Below, one piece after another: positions 1 through 9,960 of a stretch of DNA of 64,000 nt (position 1 is its first letter; every line of letters begins with the position of its first letter). The translations under genes and the position numbers were made by a program. Source of the DNA: Ichthyobacteriaceae bacterium (lineage in GTDB: Bacteria > Bacteroidota > Bacteroidia > Flavobacteriales > JADGDT01); contig JAGLDK010000008.1 in NCBI GenBank assembly GCA_023145615.1, forward strand, positions 9,837 through 73,836, read 5' to 3'. Under the pieces are notes generated by a model. The model had not been told where the DNA came from and searched no databases. It saw only the letters and a list, made by a program, of their open reading frames with translations.

Positions 1-1034
1 ATACTTTTGGTCATTTCAAGCGTAGCAAATTTTGCTCCTTTTTTCGATCTATATTCTAAAGTATCTAAATCTAAAGAAAGTATCTCCTTTTTACCTTCGG
101 CATTAACCGTTTTTTTATAAAAACCTTGTTTCGATTTCGAACCTAACCAACCATTTTCCATCATGGTTTCAACATACTTAGGTATGGCAAATAAATCGTG
201 AGCCTCGTCATTTGGCACTCCTTTATAAAGTCCGTTGGCAACATGCACCAAAGTATCAAGCCCAACCACATCAACAGTTCGGAAAGTTGCAGATTTTGCT
301 CGTCCAATTACCGGACCTGTAAGTTTATCAACCTCCTCAATAGTAAGCCCCATTTCTTTTACAACATGAAACAGTTCCATAATACTATAAATACCAACTC
401 TGTTGGCAATAAAAGCAGGAGTATCTTTTGCTAGCACCGATGTTTTACCTAAATATTGCTCGCCGTAATTCATTAAGAATTCAACAATTTTGGTATCGGT
501 TTTTTTAGTAGGAATTACTTCGAAAAGTTTTAAATAACGTGGTGGGTTAAAAAAGTGCGTACCACAAAAATGCTTCTGAAAATCTTCATCTCTATCGGTA
601 ATCATCATATTAATAGGAATACCCGATGTGTTTGATGTAATTAAAGAGCCTTGTTTACGATATTTAACAACATTATCGAAAACAATTTTTTTAATATCTA
701 ACCTTTCCACAACAACCTCCATTACCCAATCGGCATCTTTTATTTTGGGCATATCATCGTCAAAGTTTCCGGTTGTAATTAAACTGGCAAACTCTTTTTT
801 ATAAATAGGCGAAGGATTAGATTTAAGCGTGCTTTTAAGTGCATCGTTTACAATTCTATTCCTTACTATTTTATTTTCAATAGTAAGTCCTTTTAATTTT
901 TCTTTATCATCAAGCTCACGAGGCACAATATCAAGTAGAAGAACTTCTACACCAATATTTGCAAAATGGCATGCAATACGAGACCCCATAATTCCGGAAC
1001 CAAGTATGGCTACTTTTTTAATTGCTCTGTTCAT
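1..1034 (-). CDS. fadN: 3-hydroxyacyl-CoA dehydrogenase/enoyl-CoA hydratase family protein (FadN-like); 3' part lies outside the window
   Basis: Not in the ORF track. Manual translation from ATG at 1034 gives MNRAIKKVAILGSGIMGSRIACHFANIG (Rossmann GxGxxG), and later the 3HCDH motifs SNTSGIPI, GTHFFNPPRYLKL and DTPAFIANRVG. Confidence 0.9.
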   Translation of the reverse strand, partial: MNRAIKKVAILGSGIMGSRIACHFANIGVEVLLLDIVPRELDDKEKLKGLTIENKIVRNRIVNDALKSTLKSNPSPIYKKEFASLITTGNFDDDMPKIKDADWVMEVVVERLDIKKIVFDNVVKYRKQGSLITSNTSGIPINMMITDRDEDFQKHFCGTHFFNPPRYLKLFEVIPTKKTDTKIVEFLMNYGEQYLGKTSVLAKDTPAFIANRVGIYSIMELFHVVKEMGLTIEEVDKLTGPVIGRAKSATFRTVDVVGLDTLVHVANGLYKGVPNDEAHDLFAIPKYVETMMENGWLGSKSKQGFYKKTVNAEGKKEILSLDLDTLEYRSKKGAKFATLEMTKS

Positions 1035-1332
1035 ACAATTTTGGATTGTTATTAGTTTTATTTTTTGCTTCTGACAATGCCAAAAACATAGTAAGTTTTA
1101 TTTTAAAATAATATTGATTAAAAGCGAACGAGTTAACACTATTAATACTAATTAAATTTTTTTTATTGATTATCAAGAGGTTTAAATTGCACATTGATAA
1201 TTAACAATTATTAATACCTCTTTCTAAGTTATACTATAATTTAATAATAAGTACCATGACTTAATTATTTGTTTACATTATTTTAAAATAACTAGTATTT
1301 ATAGGTACTGGGGAATTAACTGTTACTTATAT

Positions 1333-1498
1333 CAACACTCCGTTAAATTAACAACGTGTAGTTATCTGTAAAGTTATCAACTTAACACTTTAAAAATTAA
1401 GCAATATTAAATTACTGTAGTGTTTTATACACTTATATATTGATTGATTGATTGATTGATACATAATGCCATACGAAAAAAAATAACAGACTATTATA
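1333..1498. repeat. Degenerate dispersed intergenic repeat, copy A; contains (TGAT)5 at 1441-1460
   Basis: Collinear blocks shared with 47423-47547, e.g. AAAAAATAACaGACTATTATA vs AAAAAATAACgGACTATTATA (20/21) and CAACACTCcGTTAAATT vs CAACACTCtGTTAAATT. Confidence 0.65.
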
Positions 1499-1505
1499 TA
1501 TGATA

Positions 1506-1949
1506 TTAATCTCCTAAAATTTTTTCATCGTGACTCATTTTTATAATCAAATCGGCTACTTCGTAAAAGTGTTTTAATTTTTGAGGAGACACGTTTTCTC
1601 CCATAACTATATTGAATTTTTCGACTGATTTTTCTGTAATATTTCGTATTTCCATCCCCTTTTCTGTTAAGCAAACAAGCCTACCTCTTCCATCTTTAGG
1701 GTTATCTTTTCGATAAATCAACTTTTTTTCTTCTAACGATTTTAAAGTTCTCGACAAACTTGTTGACTCAACACCCATACGAGGACCAAGCCTAGTTGAT
1801 GGAGTACATCCATCGGGACTAATTGATAAAAGTGTAAAACCTTGCGCCATACTATAGCCATATTTAGCCGCTCTATCAGCATACATTTTCACTACTCCTT
1901 GCCACGCCATACGCAACATTAAATCAATTGTTCTTGTATTTTCCTCCAT
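1506..1949 (-). CDS. MarR family transcriptional regulator
   Basis: 147 aa winged-HTH (TSLSRTLKSLEEKKLIYR...DGRGRLVCLTEKG), co-directional and upstream of fadN. Confidence 0.92.
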   Translation of the reverse strand: MEENTRTIDLMLRMAWQGVVKMYADRAAKYGYSMAQGFTLLSISPDGCTPSTRLGPRMGVESTSLSRTLKSLEEKKLIYRKDNPKDGRGRLVCLTEKGMEIRNITEKSVEKFNIVMGENVSPQKLKHFYEVADLIIKMSHDEKILGD

Positions 1950-2093
1950 TATTTTATTGTTTTCGTAATATATTTAACGGTTTCGTCATTATTATTATAT
2001 ATAAATATAAACCCAATTATTAAATTCTTATTAATTTTTATAATCAAGATATAATTTAAGTATATAATTTAATATCATAAACTTAAACATCAC

Positions 2094-2113
2094 TTACTAT
2101 GCAAACATAGTAA
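2094..2113. promoter_or_regulatory. Palindromic operator TTACTATG-CAAA-CATAGTAA overlapping the minus-strand -7 box (TATGTTTG, 2102-2109) of marR
   Basis: Perfect 8-4-8 inverted repeat coinciding with a Bacteroidota TAnnTTTG promoter element. Confidence 0.6.
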
Positions 2114-2166
2114 AAAAACTTATATTTTACCCCCATAAAAAACAATGTATTACAACCTAAATAATA

Positions 2167-2174
2167 TACTTTTG
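2167..2174 (+). promoter_or_regulatory. Bacteroidota sigma70 -7 element (TACTTTTG) for the TonB-dependent receptor
   Basis: Matches TAnnTTTG about 64 nt upstream of ATG 2238. Confidence 0.6.
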
Positions 2175-2237
2175 CACCCGTTACCCCCATTTACTAAACA
2201 TTATACATTTATTTATACAACTTATTAAATATTGAGT

Positions 2238-5200
2238 ATGACACGTAAATTACTTAAACAACTTATGTTGAGCTTTATGCTTACAATGTTGTTCTTTAAC
2301 CTTCAAGCCCAGGTTACAACATCAAATATTGATGGTGTAGTAAAAGACCCAACTGGAGAAACACTACCAGGAGCAAATATTGTTGCCATTCACACCCCAT
2401 CGGGTACAACTTACGGAGCAACAGCCAACATATACGGAAAGTTTATTATTCCGGATACTAGAGTTGGTGGACCGTACACTATTACAGTTTCGTTTATTGG
2501 ATACAACAACTATACTATTAATGGAATAACTCTAAATTTAGGAGAAACTTACTCAATAAACGCAAATCTTACAGATGGTGCTTTAGCACTTGACAATGTT
2601 GTTGTTATTGCCGAAAAAAATGCGGTAATTGATAGAAAACGTACCGGATCGGCAATTAACATTTCTAGTAAAACAATTAAACAAATGCCAACAATTTCTC
2701 GTTCGCAAGAGGATTTAACAAGGTTAACTCCTAGTAGCGACGGTAATAGTTTTGGTGGTAGAAATAGTCAGTTTAATAACTTTTCTTTAGACGGTTCAAT
2801 CTTCAATAACCCTTTCGGACTTGATGCTGCCACTCCTGGTGGACAAACAAAGTCTCAACCAATATCGTTAGATGCTATTGAGCAAGTACAGGTTTCGTTA
2901 GCTCCTTTCGATGTTACTCAGGCTGGTTTTACAGGTGCGGCAGTAAATGCGGTTACTAAATCAGGAACTAATGAGTTTAAAGGTACTGTTTATGATTTTT
3001 ACCGTAATCAAAACATGACAGGAAATAAAGTATCAGGGAAAAAAATTGAAAGAGCCGATTTAAATCAGTTGCAAACGGGTGTTTCAGTTGGTGGTCCAAT
3101 TATTAAAAACAAACTTTTCTTTTTCTCAAACTTCGAAATTGAAAGACGTAGTGATTTAGGTACTCCTTATAAGGCTCGTAATGAAGGCGAAAAAGTAGGT
3201 GGTGTAACTTCTCGAATTACTGCCGATGACATGAAGATGGTATCAAAATTATTGAAAGATAATTATGGTTACGAAACTGGTGCTTACGAAAACTACATGC
3301 GTTATACTGGTAACCAAAAAGGTATTATAAAAATTGATTGGAATATTAGTAAGCAACATACTCTATCGGCTAAATACAACTTTTTAAGAGCCAGCAGAGA
3401 TATGAATGCACACCCAAGTGCAATTGGACGAAGAGGTCCGGATTTAACAACTTTACAATTCGAAAATTCAGGATACAGAATTAACAACAATTTAGATTCT
3501 TGGATTGCAGAAATAAATTCTAGATTCGAAAACTCATCTAACAAACTATTATTTGGATACACTGAGTTTAACGATTGGAGAGATGCTTTTTCTGATCCTT
3601 TTCCAACTATCAACATTAACCAAGCCAATGTTAGAGGTATTGTTGCAGGTATGGAGCCATTTTCTATAAACAACGTATTAAACCAAAGAGTTTTTCAGGT
3701 TACTGATAACTTTAACTATTATTTAGGCGATCACGTTATTACTGCAGGTGGATCTTTCGAAAAATTCATGTTTAAAAACTCTTTCAATCTTGGTGCTTAC
3801 GATGGCGTATTCAGACCAGGATATACTGATATAGATGAGTTTAAAAAGGCTATTGAAAGTGACGATTTTAGAAATAAAGTTAACGAAGCTAGAGCTACTG
3901 CTGATGCAGGAAATTGGAGTTGGGCATATACAAATGTTGGACAGGTTGCTGCATTTATTCAGGATAAATGGAAAGTTAACGAAAAGTTTACTTTAACTTA
4001 TGGTGTAAGAATGGATATGCCATTGTTCTTTGATACTGCCGAAATGCTTGAAAATAAAATTGAAGAAAATCCACAAGGAGGTTCTCAATGGAATACTTCT
4101 GATAGCGAAGGAAATGATTTGGGTGGAAAAGTATATTACGATAATGATGGTAATTATCAAACTATTGATAACTCTAAATTTCCGGTACAAAAACCATTAT
4201 TTTCTCCTAGAGTTGGTTTCAATTACGATATAAAAGGTGATAAAACACTTCAACTACGTGGTGGATCTGGACTATTTACTGGTAGATTACCATTTGTATG
4301 GATTGGAAACCAAGTACAAAATTATAACTCTTGGTATTTTAACTCTACTACCGAAAACTTTAAGTTTCCACAAGTTTGGAGAAACAACTTAGGTTTTGAT
4401 GCTAATTTAGGTAAAGGTTGGTCTATTGAAAGTGATGCTATTTTTACACAAGATATTGCTGCTCCAATTGTTAAAAACTATGCTTTAGGAAATCCTACCG
4501 GAAAAATTAACATTAATGGTTACGGAGATAACAGACCTGTTTATAACAACGAAGATCAGGTATATATTCCTGTAAAACAAACAAACAAACGCTTATGTTT
4601 TCGAAAACATGAACGATGGTTACAGTTTTAACTTGTCTTTGCAGGTTAAAAAACAATTCAACAACGGGTTATTTACAAGTTTAGGATATAACTTTTTAGA
4701 TGCAAAAGACTATTCGTCAATAGCAGCCGAAATATCGAGTGATGCTTACGACAGAAATCCACATAGTGGAAATGCAAACAACCCTACTCTATCAGCATCA
4801 ATGTACGGTAACAAACACCGTTTTGTATTTGTAGCTGGTAAAACTTTTAACTGGAACGAAAATTGGGCAACTACTATTTCGGTTATTGGAGAAGCTTCTC
4901 AGGGTGGTAGATTTAATTATACTTACTCTGGAGATATAAATAAAGATCACTCTAATATGAATGATTTACTTTATATTCCTACAAAAAACGAAATTATAAA
5001 CAAAATGGAGTTTAACGAGTATAAAGTTGAAGATTTCGAAAATCCTGGAGCTACTAAAATTGTTAACGAAACTCAACAACGTAAAGCGTTTGAAGCATTT
5101 ATTGAGCAAGACACTTATTTAAGTGATAACCGTGGTAGTTTTGTTGAAAAATATGCAATTTTAAGTCCATGGTATTCAAAGTTCGATTTAAGATTAATGC

Positions 5201-5472
5201 AAGATTTTAACTTTAAAATAGGTAGTAAAACAAACACTGTTCAGTTTACTTGCGATATTATGAATGTTGGAAATTTACTATACTCAAATTGGGGTGTTAA
5301 ACAATTACCTGTAAATACACAACCTGTTGGAGTTAGTTATACTGATGCTAAGGGAAATTCATCTGAAAATCCAAGATACACTTTTGATGTTGAACAAAAA
5401 TCAACTTTTGTTGATGACTTTAATTTAATGAGTCGTTGGCAAATGCAACTTGGTTTAAGATATATTTTCTAA
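2238..5472 (+). pseudogene. Oar-like TonB-dependent receptor with CarboxypepD_reg N-terminal domain, frameshifted at (AAAC)4 4575-4590 (ORFs 2232-4631 and 4609-5472)
   Basis: N-terminal half has a signal peptide and plug motifs (NNFSLDG, QPISLDAIEQVQV). C-terminal half ends in a barrel signature (WQMQLGLRYIF). Deleting one AAAC unit joins the frames (PVKQTN-AYVFENMNDGYSFN) into 1076 aa. Confidence 0.88.
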
Positions 5473-5491
5473 ATCAATAATAAATAAGAGT

Positions 5492-5539
5492 AATAAAAAA
5501 GGAGCAATTTCTGAATTCAGAAATTGCTCCTTTTTTATT
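5492..5539. terminator. Bidirectional intrinsic terminator (perfect 48-bp palindrome)
   Basis: AATAAAAAAGGAGCAATTTCTGAA/TTCAGAAATTGCTCCTTTTTTATT between convergent genes. Confidence 0.9.
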
Positions 5540-5590
5540 TGAATCTAAGTTATAATTATAATAGAACCTAGTATTTTTAATTTAGTAAAA

Positions 5591-6226
5591 TTATTTACGA
5601 TTATTATTATTATTACTATAATTATTTGTTTTATAATTAGTTTGACGAGTTTTACTATCGTTAGAATAATTTTTCTTGTTATTAAACTCGCTTCTCAAAC
5701 TTATTTGCTGATTTCTTAAATCTATATTTCCATCAGATAACTCATACAAATGCTTTAAAATTGTTTCATCATCAACTGTATCTTTATTCCAGTTTAGGAA
5801 ACTCTTTTTCATATGATTTGCCAAAGCCATAATTAATAGCTCCTTTTCCTCAAAATCTTCTCTAGAAATTGCAACAGCAATCATCTTTTTTAAATTCAAA
5901 CCGTAAAAACGATATTTTCTACTTTTTTCGGGATAGACTAACATCTCAGGCTTTTCGGTAAAAAATTCTTCTGAAGGAATTGGATACGGAGAATCAACAT
6001 CAATTTTAAACTTCGACATAATAAATAACTGATCCCACAATTTGTGTTTAAAATCAGGTACATCACGTAAGTGTGGATTTAAATTACCCATTACTTCAAT
6101 TATAGCAAGGGCTGTATCATTACGCTCATCTCTATCTTCAATGCTAACACAATAATTAACCATTTTCTGAACATTACGTCCATATTCTGGAATAATTAAT
6201 TTTTCTCTTATAGTATTATAATCCAT
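5591..6226 (-). CDS. DUF4290 domain-containing protein
   Basis: MDYNT.REKLIIPEYGRNVQKMV and NPHLRDVPDFKHKLWDQL are typical of this Bacteroidota family; Asn-rich tail. Confidence 0.88.
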   Translation of the reverse strand: MDYNTIREKLIIPEYGRNVQKMVNYCVSIEDRDERNDTALAIIEVMGNLNPHLRDVPDFKHKLWDQLFIMSKFKIDVDSPYPIPSEEFFTEKPEMLVYPEKSRKYRFYGLNLKKMIAVAISREDFEEKELLIMALANHMKKSFLNWNKDTVDDETILKHLYELSDGNIDLRNQQISLRSEFNNKKNYSNDSKTRQTNYKTNNYSNNNNNRK

Positions 6227-6413
6227 TAAAAAAATATTTGATTAAAATAGTAGTGTAACCTTTTTCGGCACAATAAATTTATTCGGTAATTTATACTAAA
6301 ACACTCCGTTAAAATAACAGTTATAAATTAAACACAATATATTAAAGAAAAGTTGTTTTGAAGATTCCTGAAAATTAAATCGTAATAATTACCTATTAAT
6401 AATAGTAGTAATG

Positions 6414-6421
6414 CAAATTTA
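6414..6421 (-). promoter_or_regulatory. -7 promoter element (TAAATTTG) for the DUF4290 gene
   Basis: Matches TAnnTTTG on the minus strand. Confidence 0.45.
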
Positions 6422-6745
6422 CTTAAAAAAAATCAAATACAATTAAAATATAAATGAATAACTACGCTTTTTATTGAAAAACAAATTAAATACTGAATCA
6501 GTAACATAATAATAGCCCATTACTTTTTGTCGTAACACACTATACACCAATTAATTAATACATAAAAAACTACAGCAATTTAATGTTTTATATTACTGAT
6601 TTTTAGAACATTAAATTAATAACTGCACATTGATAATTTAACATAGTGTTGCATAACAAATACCTTTATTTACAACCCAACATTTATAATATTAAGCTGA
6701 TAATTAGCAGTGCTATAACTGTGCAATTAATACAAATATTAATCA

Positions 6746-6753
6746 TAAATTTG
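6746..6753 (+). promoter_or_regulatory. -7 promoter element (TAAATTTG) for mtaB
   Basis: Matches TAnnTTTG 55 nt upstream of the start codon. Confidence 0.55.
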
Positions 6754-6807
6754 CAAAACAAACTACTCTCCAAATTTCATTTAGTTTAGATTAAAGAGAA
6801 AATAAAA

Positions 6808-8121
6808 ATGGATAATAAAAAAGTTGCATTTTACACGCTTGGTTGTAAATTAAATTTTTCTGAAACATCAACAATATCACGCCAATTTATTAATAAAGGT
6901 TATGATAAAGTTGAGTTTAACGAACCTGCCGACATATATGTTATTAACACTTGCTCGGTTACCGAAAATGCCGATAAGCGTTTTAAAACCACAGTAAAAA
7001 CAGCACTTAAAACTAATCCGAAAGCATTTATAATTGCTATTGGATGTTATGCTCAGCTAAAACCCGAAGAACTTGCCGATTTAAACGGTGTTGATTTGGT
7101 GCTTGGTGCTACCGAAAAATTTAAAATAACAAACTACATAAACGATCTTAGTAAAAAAGAATTTGCCGAAGTACATTCGTGCGAAATTGAAGACGTAAAT
7201 ATTTACGAAGGTTCGTATTCGGTTGGAGATAGAACTCGTGCTTTTTTAAAAATTCAGGATGGATGCGATTATAAATGTACTTATTGTACTATTCCACTTG
7301 CAAGAGGTATTTCTCGTTCCGATACTTTAGATAATGTAATTAAAAACGCCAAAGAAATTACAGCTAAAGGAATTAAAGAAATTGTTATTACTGGAATTAA
7401 TACCGGAGATTACGGAAAAGGAGAGAATGGTGATAAAAAACATCAACATACTTTTTTAGATTTAGTTAAAAAGTTAGATGAAATTGAAAATTTAGCAAGG
7501 GTTAGAATTTCATCAATAGAACCAAATTTATTAAAAAACGAAACTATTGAATTTGTTTCGAAATCTAATTCGTTTGTTCCTCATTTTCATATACCATTAC
7601 AATCGGGTAATGATGAAATTTTAGGGTTAATGAAACGTAGATATAAACGAGATTTATATACTAACAGAGTTGAACAAATAAAAATATTAATGCCCGATGC
7701 AGCAATTGGAGTTGATGTAATTGTTGGTTTCCCGGGCGAAACCGACGAGTATTTTATGGATACTTTTAAGTATTTAAAACAACTTGATGTTGCGTATTTT
7801 CATGTTTTTACATATTCGGAAAGAGACAACACCGAAGCTGTATTAATGGATAATGTTGTGCCAATGGCAGTACGTAACAAACGTAGTAAAATGTTGCGTG
7901 GATTATCGGTAAAGAAAAAAAGAGCTTTTTACGAAAGCCAAATTGGAAAACAAAAAACTGTAATATTCGAAGCTGATAATAAAAATGGTTTCATGCACGG
8001 ATTTACCGAAAATTATGTAAAAGTTAAAACCAAATTTAACAGCAACTTAATTAATCAAGAAAAAGAAGTTGAACTTGTTGAAATTGATGAAGATGGAGAT
8101 TTCATTATCAACATACTTTAA
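6808..8121 (+). CDS. mtaB: tRNA t6A37 methylthiotransferase MtaB
   Basis: TLGCKLNFSET N-terminus, INTCSVT, radical SAM motif CDYKCTYC, and C-terminal G.TENY. Confidence 0.95.
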   Translation: MDNKKVAFYTLGCKLNFSETSTISRQFINKGYDKVEFNEPADIYVINTCSVTENADKRFKTTVKTALKTNPKAFIIAIGCYAQLKPEELADLNGVDLVLGATEKFKITNYINDLSKKEFAEVHSCEIEDVNIYEGSYSVGDRTRAFLKIQDGCDYKCTYCTIPLARGISRSDTLDNVIKNAKEITAKGIKEIVITGINTGDYGKGENGDKKHQHTFLDLVKKLDEIENLARVRISSIEPNLLKNETIEFVSKSNSFVPHFHIPLQSGNDEILGLMKRRYKRDLYTNRVEQIKILMPDAAIGVDVIVGFPGETDEYFMDTFKYLKQLDVAYFHVFTYSERDNTEAVLMDNVVPMAVRNKRSKMLRGLSVKKKRAFYESQIGKQKTVIFEADNKNGFMHGFTENYVKVKTKFNSNLINQEKEVELVEIDEDGDFIINIL

Positions 8122-8126
8122 ATTAC

Positions 8127-8190
8127 ATAGTAATCTTACAAATTTCGTGATTTATATAATAGTTATTACCGTTAATATAGATAGTAACTA
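8127..8190. repeat. Short dispersed element with hairpin, homologous to 46213-46293
   Basis: 38/48 ungapped identity between 8127-8174 and 46213-46260; both are followed by the complementary arm ATARTAACTA. Confidence 0.55.
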
Positions 8191-8259
8191 TAACACTACA
8201 TTTGTAATAAAACCAATTACATTTTAAAAACCACAGCTAAAAACTACTTAGTAAACCAC

Positions 8260-9858
8260 ATGAAAAATATTATTTTATCGATAATTGCGGGGTTGTTATT
8301 ATCGTTTAGTTGGCCTACAAATGGATTTGCGGGCTTATTATTTATTGCATTTATTCCTCTGTTGTATATTACTCAGGAAATTTACAAATTGAACCAGAAA
8401 AAAAGTGGCTATAAAGTTTTCGGACTTGCATATATTACTTTTGTAATTTGGAATTTCTACACAACTTGGTGGCTACATAATTCCGACTTTTACGCTGGAT
8501 TATTTGCAGTACTTGCAAATTCGGCATTATTAGCTTTGGTGTGGCGTTTGTATTTTATGATAAAAAAACGTGCCGGAAATCATCTATCATTTATGTTTTT
8601 GCCTGCCATTTGGATTGCCTTCGAAAAACTTCATTTAATGTGGGAAATTTCGTGGCCATGGCTAAACTTAGGAAACGGATTTGCCGAATATTACAAATGG
8701 ATTCAGTGGTATGAATACACAGGTGCTTTTGGTGGTACTTTTTGGGTATTACTTGTAAACATTACGTTGTTTGCAGGATTAACCAAATATTTAGAAACTT
8801 CGGATGTTAAAAAAGCAATTCCAGCCTTAATCAGAGGTGCTGTTTTTATAGTTATTCCTATTTCGTATTCTTATTATGTATATAATACTTATTCCGAAAA
8901 AGGAGAAAAAACAGAGGTTGTAGTTCTTCAGCCAAATATTGATCCTTATAAAAATAAATTCGATACAGGAGATGAAGAATTAGGTAGGCAGTTAATTGAA
9001 TTAGCTAACCAAAAAGTTACAAGCAATACATCGTTTGTTTTTGGTCCGGAAACTTCTTTACCCGATGGAATGAATATAAACGCCATTAAAAACTACAGAA
9101 TTTCTAAAGAAATAAACAACTTTACAAAAACACACAACAACACTACTTTTGTTACTGGTGCTACTTTGGTTAATTTTTATTCTGAAGAAAACAAAACTGA
9201 AACATCGAATAGAACACGCAACGGCAAACATTGGTACGATATATATAACACTGCAATTAGGTTTGGCAAAAATTTAGATTCTATTGATCTTTACCATAAA
9301 TCGAAATTGGTTGTTGGTGTTGAAAACATGCCTTTCAGAGAAGTTATACAACCTCTACTTGGAGATTTTATAATAAACCTTGGAGGTACGGTAGGTACAC
9401 ATGTTACGCAAAAAGAAAGAAGTGTTTTTGCTGATAAAAACAAACAAATATACACTGCACCAGTAATTTGTTACGAGTCGGTTTATGGAGAGTTTGTTAC
9501 CGGATATGTAAACAATGGAGCTAATATGCTTTCGGTAATTACAAACGATGGTTGGTGGGGTAACTCACAAGGACACAAACAACATTTATCTTTTTCGAGA
9601 TTAAGAGCTATTGAAAACCGAAGACCAGTTGCACGATCGGCAAACACTGGAATTTCGGCATTAATAAATCAGAAAGGAGATATAATTAAAAGCCTTGAAT
9701 ACGGAAAAAAAGGAGCTATTAAAGGAGATATAATTTTAAATAACGAGCTTACTATATATACTTTATTTGGAGATTATATTGCAAGAGTTGCTGTACTTAT
9801 AGCTGGTATAATTTTTGTTTATGCACTTACTGTAAAGAAAAAAAGTATGGTTTATTAA
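8260..9858 (+). CDS. lnt: Apolipoprotein N-acyltransferase
   Basis: N-terminal TM helices plus nitrilase-fold motifs QPNI, PET, YHKSKLV, ICYES, TNDGWW, RAIE, RSANTGIS. -7 box TACATTTG at 8197-8204. Confidence 0.95.
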   Translation: MKNIILSIIAGLLLSFSWPTNGFAGLLFIAFIPLLYITQEIYKLNQKKSGYKVFGLAYITFVIWNFYTTWWLHNSDFYAGLFAVLANSALLALVWRLYFMIKKRAGNHLSFMFLPAIWIAFEKLHLMWEISWPWLNLGNGFAEYYKWIQWYEYTGAFGGTFWVLLVNITLFAGLTKYLETSDVKKAIPALIRGAVFIVIPISYSYYVYNTYSEKGEKTEVVVLQPNIDPYKNKFDTGDEELGRQLIELANQKVTSNTSFVFGPETSLPDGMNINAIKNYRISKEINNFTKTHNNTTFVTGATLVNFYSEENKTETSNRTRNGKHWYDIYNTAIRFGKNLDSIDLYHKSKLVVGVENMPFREVIQPLLGDFIINLGGTVGTHVTQKERSVFADKNKQIYTAPVICYESVYGEFVTGYVNNGANMLSVITNDGWWGNSQGHKQHLSFSRLRAIENRRPVARSANTGISALINQKGDIIKSLEYGKKGAIKGDIILNNELTIYTLFGDYIARVAVLIAGIIFVYALTVKKKSMVY

Positions 9859-9882
9859 AACATCATACAACATTATAAGTAC

Positions 9883-9921
9883 AAAAAAGTCCTATCAACA
9901 AATATTGATAGGACTTTTTTT
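9883..9921. terminator. Bidirectional intrinsic terminator
   Basis: AAAAAAGTCCTATCAA-caaata-TTGATAGGACTTTTTTT between convergent lnt and receptor genes. Confidence 0.88.
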
Positions 9922-9960
9922 ATTGTTACTTGAACTTAATTTTAATTCTTAATAATTTTA

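Noticed and set aside
198..1074. Plus-strand ORFs 198-434 and 829-1074
   Set aside because: Antisense shadows of fadN on the minus strand.
4575..4631. Programmed ribosomal frameshift in the receptor gene
   Set aside because: Rejoining needs a +1 shift, and I see no stimulatory structure. A 4-nt repeat expansion explains the break more simply.
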